IMG/VR virus record: IMGVR_UViG_3300037067_008064
Coordinates: 1-64,000 of that record
Length of the DNA: 64,000 nt
Direction: 5' to 3' (one strand)
From: a virus
Lineage: Duplodnaviria > Heunggongvirae > Uroviricota > Caudoviricetes
The notes under the pieces are model-generated. The model was not told the DNA's origin. It saw nothing but the letters and a program-made list of their open reading frames with translations, and did no database searches. Shown here in pieces: positions 1 through 7,207 of the stretch. Position 1 is the first letter of the stretch; each line of letters starts with the position of its first letter. Position numbers and translations under genes: made by a program.

Positions 1-111
1 CCCTTGCTCATTATTTCATCACCACCCTTTCAGGTTGCTATAGGTTCTTCCGCAACCAGTTTCAATCATACGATTTCGTTTAACGTAAGTAGACCGCCAG
101 ATTTCTACTTG

Positions 112-756
112 TTACCCCATGTTTCTTCCTTTTACCCATCCTTGATTTAAATAATCTTGGATTTCTTCTTTTTTAATTTTCTTATTTTTTTTATTATTAG
201 TTATCCAACAAGTTCCATATTGAGAATTTCCATTTCCTTTTTGCTTAGTTGAATTTATTAAACCTAATTTTATTTTAAATTCTTCTGTATGATGTTTTCC
301 TAAAAATCTACCATTAAATTTATATTTATTTAATTTATGATTTATTTTAGTATATTTAATAAGATTTTGTTTATTTTTTTCTCTAAAAATGGGATCAGCC
401 CATTGTTTTTTAAGCCAATCTGAAGCAGCTTTATGCAATTTTATAGCATGTTCTTCATTATGAATTCCACCCTCTCCACCGATAGATAAATTCATGCATG
501 ATTTATCATAAACTAATTCTTCATTAACTAATTCTTTTTCTCTTTCTTTTAATGAACTTCTATTTGATAAAAATTCCATAATTTCTTTATTATGATTTTC
601 TTTACCATACTTATTTATAGATCTCCATAAATGTTTTCCACTACCTAAATAACCATCATTCAAGTTATCTGTTGAATGCATTCCAATGTAATATTTATTA
701 GTAATAGTACATGTGGTTTTATATATGTAGTGATATTGTTTTTGTTTCCTTGGCAT
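112..756 (-). CDS. GIY-YIG family homing endonuclease
   Basis: N-terminal YHYIYKTTCTITNKYYIGMHS...GSGKHLW block typical of GIY-YIG modules. Paralog of 1677-2336. TGAATATATAgAATAAA late-promoter-like cassette directly upstream. Lies inside the tRNA cluster. Confidence 0.6.
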   Translation of the reverse strand: MPRKQKQYHYIYKTTCTITNKYYIGMHSTDNLNDGYLGSGKHLWRSINKYGKENHNKEIMEFLSNRSSLKEREKELVNEELVYDKSCMNLSIGGEGGIHNEEHAIKLHKAASDWLKKQWADPIFREKNKQNLIKYTKINHKLNKYKFNGRFLGKHHTEEFKIKLGLINSTKQKGNGNSQYGTCWITNNKKNKKIKKEEIQDYLNQGWVKGRNMG

Positions 757-760
757 ATAG

Positions 761-780
761 ATTTTATTCTATATATTCAC
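761..780 (-). promoter_or_regulatory. late-promoter-like cassette (TGAATATATAgAATAAA) abutting an ATG
   Basis: Minus strand GTGAATATATAGAATAAAATCTAT-ATG; one mismatch to the T4-type TATAAATA box. Confidence 0.4.
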
Positions 781-803
781 AAAGAAAGTACAAATATTCC
801 CAG

Positions 804-875
804 TACCCCCGACAAGAATCGAACTCGCATCCTATGGTTCGTAGCCACATATTCTATCCGTTGAACTACAGGGGC
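804..875 (-). tRNA. tRNA-Arg (anticodon ACG)
   Basis: Cloverleaf folded by hand: GTTCGATTC T-arm, anticodon loop CTACGAA, acceptor 5' GCCCCTG / 3' CGGGGGT. Confidence 0.55.
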
Positions 876-968
876 ATAAATAATAAACTAGCCGCGATTG
901 GATTCTCCTCCAATGACATTTAACCATTCCTTTATAATAGTTTCGTACTATAGGAACTAATTTATTAG

Positions 969-1040
969 TACTCCCAAAGGGATTCGAACCCTTATTATCA
1001 GTTTAGAAGACTGACATTCTATCCTTTGAATTACAGGAGC
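969..1040 (-). tRNA. tRNA-Arg (anticodon TCT)
   Basis: GGGTTCGAATCCC T-arm; anticodon loop CTTCTAA. Confidence 0.55.
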
Positions 1041-1191
1041 ATGTGATAGAATTTTCATCTATCTTCTTAGGCTTGTTTTCATTGAGCCGGCCTTAAGTTT
1101 GACGGCCATTGGGTGAAAGATGGAGTACGATTCCATATATCCGGATTCACAGTCCGGCACTTTATCCATTTAAGTTACAATCACCATGTTG

Positions 1192-1264
1192 GGTGTCTGA
1201 TGGGGCTCGAACCCACACATACAAGATCCACAATCTTGCGCCCTACCATTAGGCTACAAACACC
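1192..1264 (-). tRNA. tRNA-His (anticodon GTG) with encoded G-1
   Basis: Extra 5' G pairing with C73 (the His identity element). Anticodon loop TTGTGGA. GGGTTCGAGCCCC T-arm. Confidence 0.65.
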
Positions 1265-1341
1265 ATTTTATATTCATTTAAATATAATTTCTATTGGTTT
1301 ATTAATTTTATATTCATTTAAATATAGTTTGTTTTAAGTTG

Positions 1342-1417
1342 TACCCTTAGATGGATTCGAACCAACGATCTTCTGGATGTAGGCCAGACGCTTTATAACC
1401 AGCTAAGCGATAAGGGC
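1342..1417 (-). tRNA. tRNA-Val (anticodon TAC)
   Basis: Anticodon arm TCTGG-CCTACAT-CCAGA; T-arm GTTGGTTCGAATCCATC. Confidence 0.6.
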
Positions 1418-1612
1418 TTTTAATTTGGATTATTTTCTATTACTTTATAATTAAAGTCCTCTAATATATGTTTGGTAACATACCAGGGATTAATTTCTAA
1501 AGCAGTAATTAATTTTTGTGAAGCATCACTATAGAAAATAATAGTTACATTATCTATTGAGTCATTAAATACTCGTTTTTCTAAATCATTCATAATATTA
1601 ATTTTTAATTAG

Positions 1613-1686
1613 AGGTGATGATGGGCCTCGAACCCATGAGTCTCTTCCTTACCAAAGAAGTGTTCTACCAATTAAACTACAACACC
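1613..1686 (-). tRNA. tRNA-Thr (anticodon GGT, tentative)
   Basis: T-arm GGGTTCGAGGCCC; anticodon loop TTGGTAA; one acceptor mismatch. Confidence 0.45.
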
Positions 1687-2336
1687 ATTTTTCTTCCTTT
1701 ACTCCATCCTTGATTTAAATAATCTTGAATTTCTTCTTTTTTAATTTTTTTATTTTCTTTATTATTAGTTATCCAACAAGTTCCATATTGAGAATTTCCA
1801 TTTCCTTTTTGTTTAATTGAATTTATTAAACCTAATTTTAGTTTAAATTCTTCAGTATGTTGGTTTCCTTTAAATGCTAAAGAATTTTTATATGACATTT
1901 TATTTCTATATTCTAAATTTTGCCATAATTTTTTAAATAATATTTGATTGCGTTCACAATTTCTTTTTCTAAAATTAATATCTGTCCATATAATTTTAAG
2001 CATTTGCTGTGTTCCTTTTTTTCTTTCTTCTTCTGAAAAACCACCATCGCCACCTAAATGTAGATTCATACATAATTTATCATGTATTAATTCTTCATTA
2101 ACTAATGTTTTTTCTCTTTCCTTTAAAGAACTTCTATTTGGCAAAAATTCCATAATTTCTTTTTTATGATTTTTTTTGCCGTGTTTATGGATTGAATTCC
2201 ATAAATGTTTTCCACTACCTAAATAACCATCATCCAAATTATCTGTTGAATGCATACCTATATAATATTTGTTTGTAATACTACATGTGGTTTTATAGAT
2301 GTAGTGATATTTTCTTCTTGATGCTCTTCTTTCCAT
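1677..2336 (-). CDS. GIY-YIG family homing endonuclease
   Basis: Paralog of 112-756. Likely start is the internal ATG at 2336 (MERRAS...); the track start at 2375 is TTG. An exact TATAAATA box lies at 2348-2355 just upstream. The stop overlaps tRNA 1613-1686. Confidence 0.6.
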   Translation of the reverse strand: MERRASRRKYHYIYKTTCSITNKYYIGMHSTDNLDDGYLGSGKHLWNSIHKHGKKNHKKEIMEFLPNRSSLKEREKTLVNEELIHDKLCMNLHLGGDGGFSEEERKKGTQQMLKIIWTDINFRKRNCERNQILFKKLWQNLEYRNKMSYKNSLAFKGNQHTEEFKLKLGLINSIKQKGNGNSQYGTCWITNNKENKKIKKEEIQDYLNQGWSKGRKMVL

Positions 2337-2344
2337 GAATATAG

Positions 2345-2361
2345 TTTTATTTATATATTCA
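2345..2361 (-). promoter_or_regulatory. T4-type late promoter box TATAAATA
   Basis: Minus strand TGAATATATAAATAAAACTATATTC-ATG. Confidence 0.5.
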
Positions 2362-2387
2362 TGAAAGAATGGCAAAAATTTCCACGG

Positions 2388-2459
2388 TGCAGGTGATGAG
2401 AATCGAACTCACATTACCAGTTTGGAAGACTGGAACACTGGCCATTGTGCTACACCTGC
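2388..2459 (-). tRNA. tRNA-Gly (anticodon TCC)
   Basis: Perfect acceptor GCAGGTG/CACCTGC; anticodon loop CTTCCAA. Confidence 0.65.
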
Positions 2460-2535
2460 GGCGCCGAATATCCTAACCATTAAACGACCTGGGTCCGAAG
2501 ACCCTGGGCGGGACTCGAACCCGCATCTTCCGGAG
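2460..2535 (-). other. tRNA-fragment-like structured element (T-arm-like hairpin + UUCG-closed hairpin + D-arm-like segment, wrong order for a tRNA)
   Basis: Minus strand reads GCGGGTTCGAGTCCCGC, then CCAGGGTC-TTCG-GACCCAGG, then GGTCGTTTAATGGTTAGGATATTCG. The elements are in non-canonical order. Confidence 0.3.
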
Positions 2536-2608
2536 AGCAAAATATGGGTCTCGAACCCACGACCTTAACCTTGGCAAGGTTACGCTCTACCAATTGAGCT
2601 AATTTTGC
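2536..2608 (-). tRNA. tRNA-Gly (anticodon GCC)
   Basis: Perfect acceptor GCAAAAT/ATTTTGC; canonical D-arm GCTC..GAGC; anticodon loop TTGCCAA. Confidence 0.65.
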
Positions 2609-2650
2609 AGTTGCGGATATCCTAACCAACTAGATGACCAACCCCAAAGG

Positions 2651-2720
2651 GGCCAGGTGAGATTTGAACTCACGTTTTCCGCCGCAGTCTACAAGGGATT
2701 CGAACCCACGTTTTCCGCCG
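2651..2720 (-). pseudogene. tRNA 3'-end fragments created by a 36-bp tandem duplication (2672-2707 = 2708-2743)
   Basis: Exact direct repeat ACGTTTTCCGCCGCAGTCTACAAGGGATTCGAACCC x2 duplicates the T-arm and acceptor 3' strand. A further T-arm (GTGAGTTCAAATCTCAC) lacks a 5' partner. Confidence 0.4.
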
Positions 2721-2796
2721 CAGTCTACAAGGGATTCGAACCCTTTGTCTTACATGGCAGACAACCATGTTCCTTTCCGGAAAGGCAAAGTAGACC
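2721..2796 (-). tRNA. tRNA-like, anticodon GTC (Asp-like, atypical D-region)
   Basis: Acceptor and T-arm are good; anticodon loop TTGTCTG; the D-region is a near-perfect palindrome CCTTTCCGGAAAGG. Confidence 0.35.
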
Positions 2797-3054
2797 AAAT
2801 TAATTATAATATTACTGGTGCGACTTTTAGATTTCAATAGTTCTCATGTGCACTAAAACCTTCTGAGTGAAACTCGCCAATGCTGCAGACATTGTTTTAC
2901 CTATCATAACAACAAGTTTTGAGTAATATTATAATTGCTGATTTTGTAAGATTCGAACTTAACTTCCACTGTACAGCCGCGTACCGTGTTGAATGACGTG
3001 CCTCCTTTACACTACAAAATCAAAATAAAATTGAGAAAATTAATAAGAGGATTT

Positions 3055-3129
3055 CCAGTATTACTACTGTTTGATAGGACTTGAACCTATAACTGTTTGT
3101 TTAATAGACAAATGCGTTACCATTACGCG
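3055..3129 (-). tRNA. tRNA-like, unresolved (anticodon loop CTATTAA; acceptor does not pair)
   Basis: Good D-arm GCGT-AATGGTA-ACGC, anticodon stem TTTGT/ACAAA and T-arm ATAGGTTCAAGTCCTAT, but no 7-bp acceptor could be formed. Confidence 0.25.
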
Positions 3130-3161
3130 ACGATGAAACTCTTATAGTTACTACAATTTTG

Positions 3162-3236
3162 CTCCCCCGACGGGAGTTGAACCCGCTTGAATTCCTGAGT
3201 GACAGTCAGACGTCCTAGCCGCTAGACCTCAAGGGA
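3162..3236 (-). tRNA. tRNA-Asp (anticodon GTC)
   Basis: Canonical Asp anticodon loop CTGTCAC; acceptor TCCCTTG/CGGGGGA with two G-U pairs. Confidence 0.55.
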
Positions 3237-3242
3237 ATGTTG

Positions 3243-3321
3243 TGGGGAAGATAGGATTCGAACCTACAAGTGGTGTGACAGTTTTACAGACTGCTGAGCC
3301 AGCCAATTGCTCAACCTCCCC
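3243..3321 (-). tRNA. tRNA-Tyr (anticodon GTA), class II
   Basis: Acceptor GGGGAGG/CTTCCCC; anticodon loop CTGTAAA; long variable arm. Confidence 0.6.
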
Positions 3322-3356
3322 AAGTTAAAACTAAGAAAATTAAAAAGAATGTTTTT

Positions 3357-3430
3357 TGGTGCTTGATGCGGGAATTTAACCCGCGCCTATTGATTTGAAT
3401 TCAATTGCTCTAACGTAGAGCTAATTAAGC
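3357..3430 (-). tRNA. tRNA with anticodon TCA (reads UGA; opal-suppressor or Trp-UCA type), genomically encoded CCA
   Basis: GCTC..GAGC D-arm; anticodon arm ATTGA-ATTCAAA-TCAAT; T-arm GCGGGTTAAATTCCCGC; 3' end ...ATCAAGC-A-CCA. Confidence 0.5.
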
Positions 3431-3460
3431 GATGTAATCCTTTAAATCACTATAGTTTTG

Positions 3461-3534
3461 CGGATAAGGTGAGATTCGAACTCACATCATTTAGCTTAAC
3501 AGGCTAAAGTTTTACCAATTATTACTACCTATCC
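3461..3534 (-). tRNA. tRNA-Asn (anticodon GTT)
   Basis: Anticodon arm TTAGC-CTGTTAA-GCTAA; T-arm GTGAGTTCGAATCTCAC. Confidence 0.55.
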
Positions 3535-3538
3535 CGGT

Positions 3539-3744
3539 AACCCTCTCAAGGATTTGAACCTTGGTCCCCTTGATTACACCTTGCCTTTTCACTTCATGCG
3601 CAATCCATGAAACGTTAAAGGTTCATCTACCTTAGTTATTTAATTACCTTTCTAATATGCCTTACGTACAACATATTAGATACTTCTTTAAACTTCTAAA
3701 TTCCGGCATCAATCCGGACGCTCTAACCACTGAGCTAAGAGGGC
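3539..3744 (-). tRNA. split tRNA-Ser (anticodon TGA): 5' half 3702-3744 and 3' half 3539-3563, with a ~140-nt intervening sequence at the variable-arm position
   Basis: 5' half = GCCCTCT-TA-GCTCAGTGGTTAGAGC-G-TCCGG-ATTGATG-CCGGA. 3' half = CAAGG-TTCAAAT-CCTTG-AGAGGGT-T. The acceptor strands pair 7/7. The intervening sequence contains hairpins (CTAATATG...CATATTAG; TTCATG-GATTGCG-CATGAA). Confidence 0.45.
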
Positions 3745-3749
3745 ATTTG

Positions 3750-3820
3750 CGCTCATAAACAGATTCGAACTGATATCAAGTGGTTAACAGCCACCCGTTC
3801 TACCTTTGAACTATATAAGC
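3750..3820 (-). tRNA. tRNA-Asn (anticodon GTT), second copy
   Basis: Acceptor GCTTATA/TATGAGC; anticodon arm GGTGG-CTGTTAA-CCACT. Confidence 0.5.
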
Positions 3821-3972
3821 ATTTAAACAGAGAAAATTAGTATGAGCATTTTTTAAACTTCTTCCCCGAGTTTTGTTTTAAATAATGGTGGGGAAGGCTG
3901 GTTACGAGCCAACTATTTTACATTTTCAATTGTATTGTTTTACGATGAAACTCATTATATTACTACTGTTTG

Positions 3973-4045
3973 TGGAGCCTAAGGGCATCGAACCCTTGTC
4001 TGGAGAGTGCAAATCTCCTATTCTCGCCATTTTAACTAAGGCCCC
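3973..4045 (-). tRNA. tRNA-Ala (anticodon TGC)
   Basis: Anticodon arm GGAGA-TTTGCAC-TCTCC; T-arm AAGGGTTCGATGCCCTT. Confidence 0.55.
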
Positions 4046-4115
4046 ATTATTTGTTAATGCTAAGTGCAGCCCACCTACTTAGCTTTACTCCTTCTTGTAA
4101 AGAACATTAACATTG

Positions 4116-4188
4116 TCGGCTACATAGGATTTGAACCTATATTGCGTGAGTATCAGTCACGTGTCCTAACCAGTTAGACGATAAGCCG
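4116..4188 (-). tRNA. tRNA-Ile (anticodon GAT)
   Basis: Anticodon arm CGTGA-CTGATAC-TCACG; the inner two acceptor pairs mismatch in my fold. Confidence 0.45.
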
Positions 4189-4196
4189 TAATGTTG

Positions 4197-4268
4197 AGCC
4201 TTCAACCAGAATCGAACTGGGATTTCAAGATTACAAGTCTAGTGTTCTACCTATTGAACTATGAAGGC
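4197..4268 (-). tRNA. tRNA-Thr (anticodon TGT)
   Basis: Perfect acceptor GCCTTCA/TGAAGGC; GTTC..GAAC D-arm; anticodon loop CTTGTAA. Confidence 0.6.
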
Positions 4269-4276
4269 ATTGTAGA

Positions 4277-4362
4277 TTTTAATAATAGGATTCGAACCTA
4301 TGAAGAATGCGAATGACTTCCGCTTTGATAACCGCTTCGCTCTATTTAAACGTCATATTGTC
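4277..4362 (-). tRNA. tRNA-like, unresolved (possibly class II)
   Basis: Canonical T-arm ATAGGTTCGAATCCTAT; the 5' part could not be folded confidently. Confidence 0.25.
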
Positions 4363-4483
4363 TCCATATTAAAATCTAATTTTATCGTACATTTTCTTCT
4401 ATCATACTTGACTAGAGCATCTTGCAGGTAGTCAGCCTACTGGCCTATAAAATTATTATGTGTCACAAAGAATTTGTACTCAG

Positions 4484-4567
4484 TGCACCCGGAGGGATTC
4501 GAACCCACGACTCTCGGTTTAAAAGACCGATACTCTATGCTTGCGCTGCCATCTGAGTTACGAGTGC
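4484..4567 (-). tRNA. tRNA-Lys (anticodon TTT) with an enlarged D-loop
   Basis: Acceptor GCACTCG/CGGGTGC; anticodon arm TCGGT-CTTTTAA-ACCGA; D-loop ~19 nt. Confidence 0.5.
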
Positions 4568-4573
4568 ATTAAT

Positions 4574-4634
4574 AATCTTTCTTAACTTTCTTTTATAGAT
4601 ACCTTTCAACGTAACATTAAAGTTAAGAAAGATT
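4574..4634. repeat. perfect 16-bp inverted repeat with 29-nt spacer
   Basis: AATCTTTCTTAACTTT ... AAAGTTAAGAAAGATT between tRNA-Lys and tRNA-Phe. Confidence 0.6.
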
Positions 4635-4673
4635 ATTTTAATTATTATACAACATGTCAAAGACCTTTTTAAT

Positions 4674-4747
4674 GTGGAACCAAACCGAATTGAACGGATG
4701 CCTTTGGATTTTCAGTCCAACGTGTCAAACCACCTACACCATAGTTC
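4674..4747 (-). tRNA. tRNA-Phe (anticodon GAA)
   Basis: D-arm GTGT..ACAC; anticodon arm TTGGA-CTGAAAA-TCCAA; acceptor GGAACTA/TGGTTCC. Confidence 0.6.
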
Positions 4748-4750
4748 CTT

Positions 4751-5428
4751 TTAATTAATTAGTTTTTCGTATTCAAGTAATTCTTTTTTTGTAATAATTT
4801 CAATTTTAATATGTTCATTTTGTCTTATAACTTGTTGCATTTTATTTTTATCTTCACCCCACCAATATCCTTTTATTTCAAAATACTTATTTAATTTAGA
4901 ACTATAAAAATCTGGGGTATAATAATGTTTATTTTTGTTTTCATCTTCCCATATAAAACTATGTTCTTTATTTCCTACACCAATTTTTATCCAATTTTCA
5001 TCTATTATATCTAATATTTTTGCAAATCTAACTTCCCATGTTCCTTGTAATTTAAATTCAGTATTATCTTTTTTAAGATATGAAAACCATTTGCATTTTC
5101 CTCCTTTATTGTTAATAGATAATTTTTTACTTATTTTTAATTTAGTTAAAGAAGTATGCATACTATTTTTCCAATGATTAATAGTTTTTCCGGATTTAAA
5201 GTTATTACTAAGAGTTTCACCAGTTTTTTTAACTCTTTCATCTATAAATTTAGTTAATCCTTTATTCCAGGGGATTTTATTTTTAAGTTTATTTTTATGT
5301 AATTTACCATTATCTGTATGCATTCTCCATATATGAGTAGCAATACCTTTTTTAGAAAATTCTTTATGACAAAAAGAACATTTATAATTACCATTATTTT
5401 GTAGCCATTCTGAATTTATTGTTATCAT
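4751..5428 (-). CDS. putative homing nuclease (Cys/His zinc-finger N-terminus + PD-(D/E)xK-like core)
   Basis: N-terminal CSFCHKEF...HIWRMH segment, then GTWE..FAKILD, YTPDFY and EIKGYW motifs (PD...E.K). Paralog of 25804-26484. Directly follows tRNA-Phe. Late-promoter cassette upstream. Confidence 0.4.
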   Translation of the reverse strand: MITINSEWLQNNGNYKCSFCHKEFSKKGIATHIWRMHTDNGKLHKNKLKNKIPWNKGLTKFIDERVKKTGETLSNNFKSGKTINHWKNSMHTSLTKLKISKKLSINNKGGKCKWFSYLKKDNTEFKLQGTWEVRFAKILDIIDENWIKIGVGNKEHSFIWEDENKNKHYYTPDFYSSKLNKYFEIKGYWWGEDKNKMQQVIRQNEHIKIEIITKKELLEYEKLIN

Positions 5429-5452
5429 TTTTATTTTATATATTCATAAATG
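5429..5452 (-). promoter_or_regulatory. late-promoter-like cassette (GAATATATAAAATAAAA-ATG)
   Basis: The same cassette recurs upstream of the endonuclease genes. Confidence 0.45.
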
Positions 5453-5515
5453 CTCTACCAAAAATATAGGTTTTTGTAAACGCAAAACCAATCAATATTT
5501 CAAAGTACAATTTAG

Positions 5516-5588
5516 CACGCCAGGTAGGAGTTGAACCCACAATCTTTGGTTTTGGAGACCACTGCTCAGCCAATTGAGCTACTGACGT
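5516..5588 (-). tRNA. tRNA-Trp (anticodon CCA)
   Basis: GCTC..GAGC D-arm; anticodon loop CTCCAAA; T-arm GTGGGTTCAACTCCTAC. Confidence 0.55.
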
Positions 5589-5620
5589 ATATTTTAAAGA
5601 ACTTATTTTTTAATTGCAAC

Positions 5621-5656
5621 AAAAAAGCGGGTGACTTTTCAGTGCGCCCGCTTTTT
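5621..5656. terminator. bidirectional intrinsic terminator
   Basis: AAAAAGCGGG...CCCGCTTTTT: a GC-rich stem flanked by an A-run and a T-run. Confidence 0.6.
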
Positions 5657-5855
5657 AATTTCTTTATTATTAAAGGTTTTATCCCTCAATTGTTTCTTCA
5701 TTAATCAGCGAGCATATTCTATTTCCTGTGCCATAATCTACGGCATCCCATTTTCTATTAATCATATGCAAATAAAATCGTGTCATCACTAATTTATTTA
5801 AAGTTTATTATTTTATTATATATCTACTAAAAAGTTTTAACTTATTTAGTTCTTG

Positions 5856-5944
5856 TTGCGGGTATCCGATTCGGACGGATGATGACATTTGAATGCCATT
5901 TGGGGTTATGAGTCCCATGAGTTAGTCCGCTACTCTAACCCGCG
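5856..5944 (-). tRNA. initiator-like tRNA-Met (anticodon CAT) with a ~20-nt extra hairpin in the variable region
   Basis: C1xA72 mismatch, GGG/CCC anticodon-stem pairs and a CTCATAA loop as in bacterial tRNA-fMet. An extra TGGCA-TTCAAA-TGTCA hairpin lies before the T-arm (ATCCG-TCCGAAT-CGGAT). Confidence 0.4.
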
Positions 5945-6855
5945 ATGTAGGAGCCCATCAGGAGCTCCGAAAGTCCATTAGCTTAATAGCTAAAATAGAG
6001 TGGTAAACCTTATGTAACAATATTGCAGTTACTATAGTGCCACTTTCCTATAACTTTGGACAATATTTTCAAATAACGTATTGCTAATATAAAACATTTT
6101 TTTCAATTTAAGACATCTTAAATGTTAAAGAATGTTAAAAGGCAATGTTCGGTTTGAGATAAAAGAAACTTCCTGTGTAATGCGCTACACTTAATTTTCT
6201 CAAAAAGAACGGTATAAATCTAGATTAACGCATGTTTATCTAATTTAATATCTATATTTGAATAAAGAAGTATTTAATTTTTTGCAACCATCCATATAGA
6301 CTAGCCTCGGTTGGTCATCCTTCCAATGTATGTTGCGCATCAGACTTGCTTAGACCTCAAGCATCTACCAGAATACCTTACGAGCTCGGTATAAAGGCTT
6401 GTTGAATTTCTCTTATTAGAAAATGGAATTTCACCATTTCCTCAATTGTTTCCTGGGTTTTCTGTACCCAACAATTTTTAGTTCATAATTCACAAAAAGA
6501 ACTTGTTTTTAATCCATAAATTACTTAACCTCTAGCACTGATTTCCATTATAAGATGTTATTATTCTTTATTCCTTGCCTAAGGGAATTGTTACACACAT
6601 TGACATGTGGTGAGTATAACTAAATAATACAAATCCCAACTTCGCGCCGGTTTAACCTTTAGTTGTTCATTTATGAACGCAATCCAATATCTCAAAGAAC
6701 ATCAGGTCTGAATAGACCGTACCGCCACTTACACTTAAGGTAGTAAGCACCTTTGATTTAAAAATTGTTATATGTAGCTCGTTACTTCTACCTTAGCTTC
6801 TTACCGTTTTCAGATAATACTATCCATTACTCTATGGAAATATAACAATATTTTG

Positions 6856-6928
6856 TAGCGGGAACGAGATTCGAACTCGTGACCTTCTGGTTATGAGCCA
6901 GGTGAGCTGGCCTCTGCTCCACCCCGCA
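6856..6928 (-). tRNA. initiator-like tRNA-Met (anticodon CAT)
   Basis: Collinear with E. coli tRNA-fMet (…GCGGGGTGGAGCAG…CTCATAA…AGGTC…TTCGAAT…CCCGC). Position 1/72 is mismatched (T/T). Confidence 0.5.
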
Positions 6929-7136
6929 ATGTATTGTAAAAATTATTCTTTTGGTCCCGCAAGCAACCATATAGATTAACACCTCGCAGTTAGAATCCAA
7001 TAATCTTTACAAATATTTTTAAAGAACTTAAATTTCAATTTTGAAGAATACTAAATTAATACAAATTTTTGAATCTAAAAAATTTTAATTGTTAATAAAT
7101 GTTAAAATTTATAACTTATTATTAATCAATTTTTAG

Positions 7137-7207
7137 AGCTTCATAAAGGACTCGAACCTTTACAACTACTTTACGAAAGTAGTATTCTTCCATTAAATTA
7201 AAGAAGC
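7137..7207 (-). tRNA. tRNA-Thr (anticodon CGT, tentative)
   Basis: T-arm AAAGGTTCGAGTCCTTT; anticodon arm CTACT-TTCGTAA-AGTAG; one acceptor mismatch. Confidence 0.35.

Noticed and set aside
1265-1325. Direct repeat TTTATATTCATTTAAATATA (two copies 40 bp apart) between tRNA-His and tRNA-Val
   Set aside because: Only two short copies; no CRISPR-like array and no spacer periodicity. Probably duplicated spacer or promoter-like AT-rich sequence.
676-1337. Plus-strand ORFs 676-864, 711-923 and 1113-1337 from the track
   Set aside because: They run antisense across minus-strand tRNA genes and a GIY-YIG gene, with no start or RBS context; spurious.
3885-4082. Plus-strand ORF 3885-4082
   Set aside because: Covers tRNA-Ala and the conserved 27-nt element; not coding.
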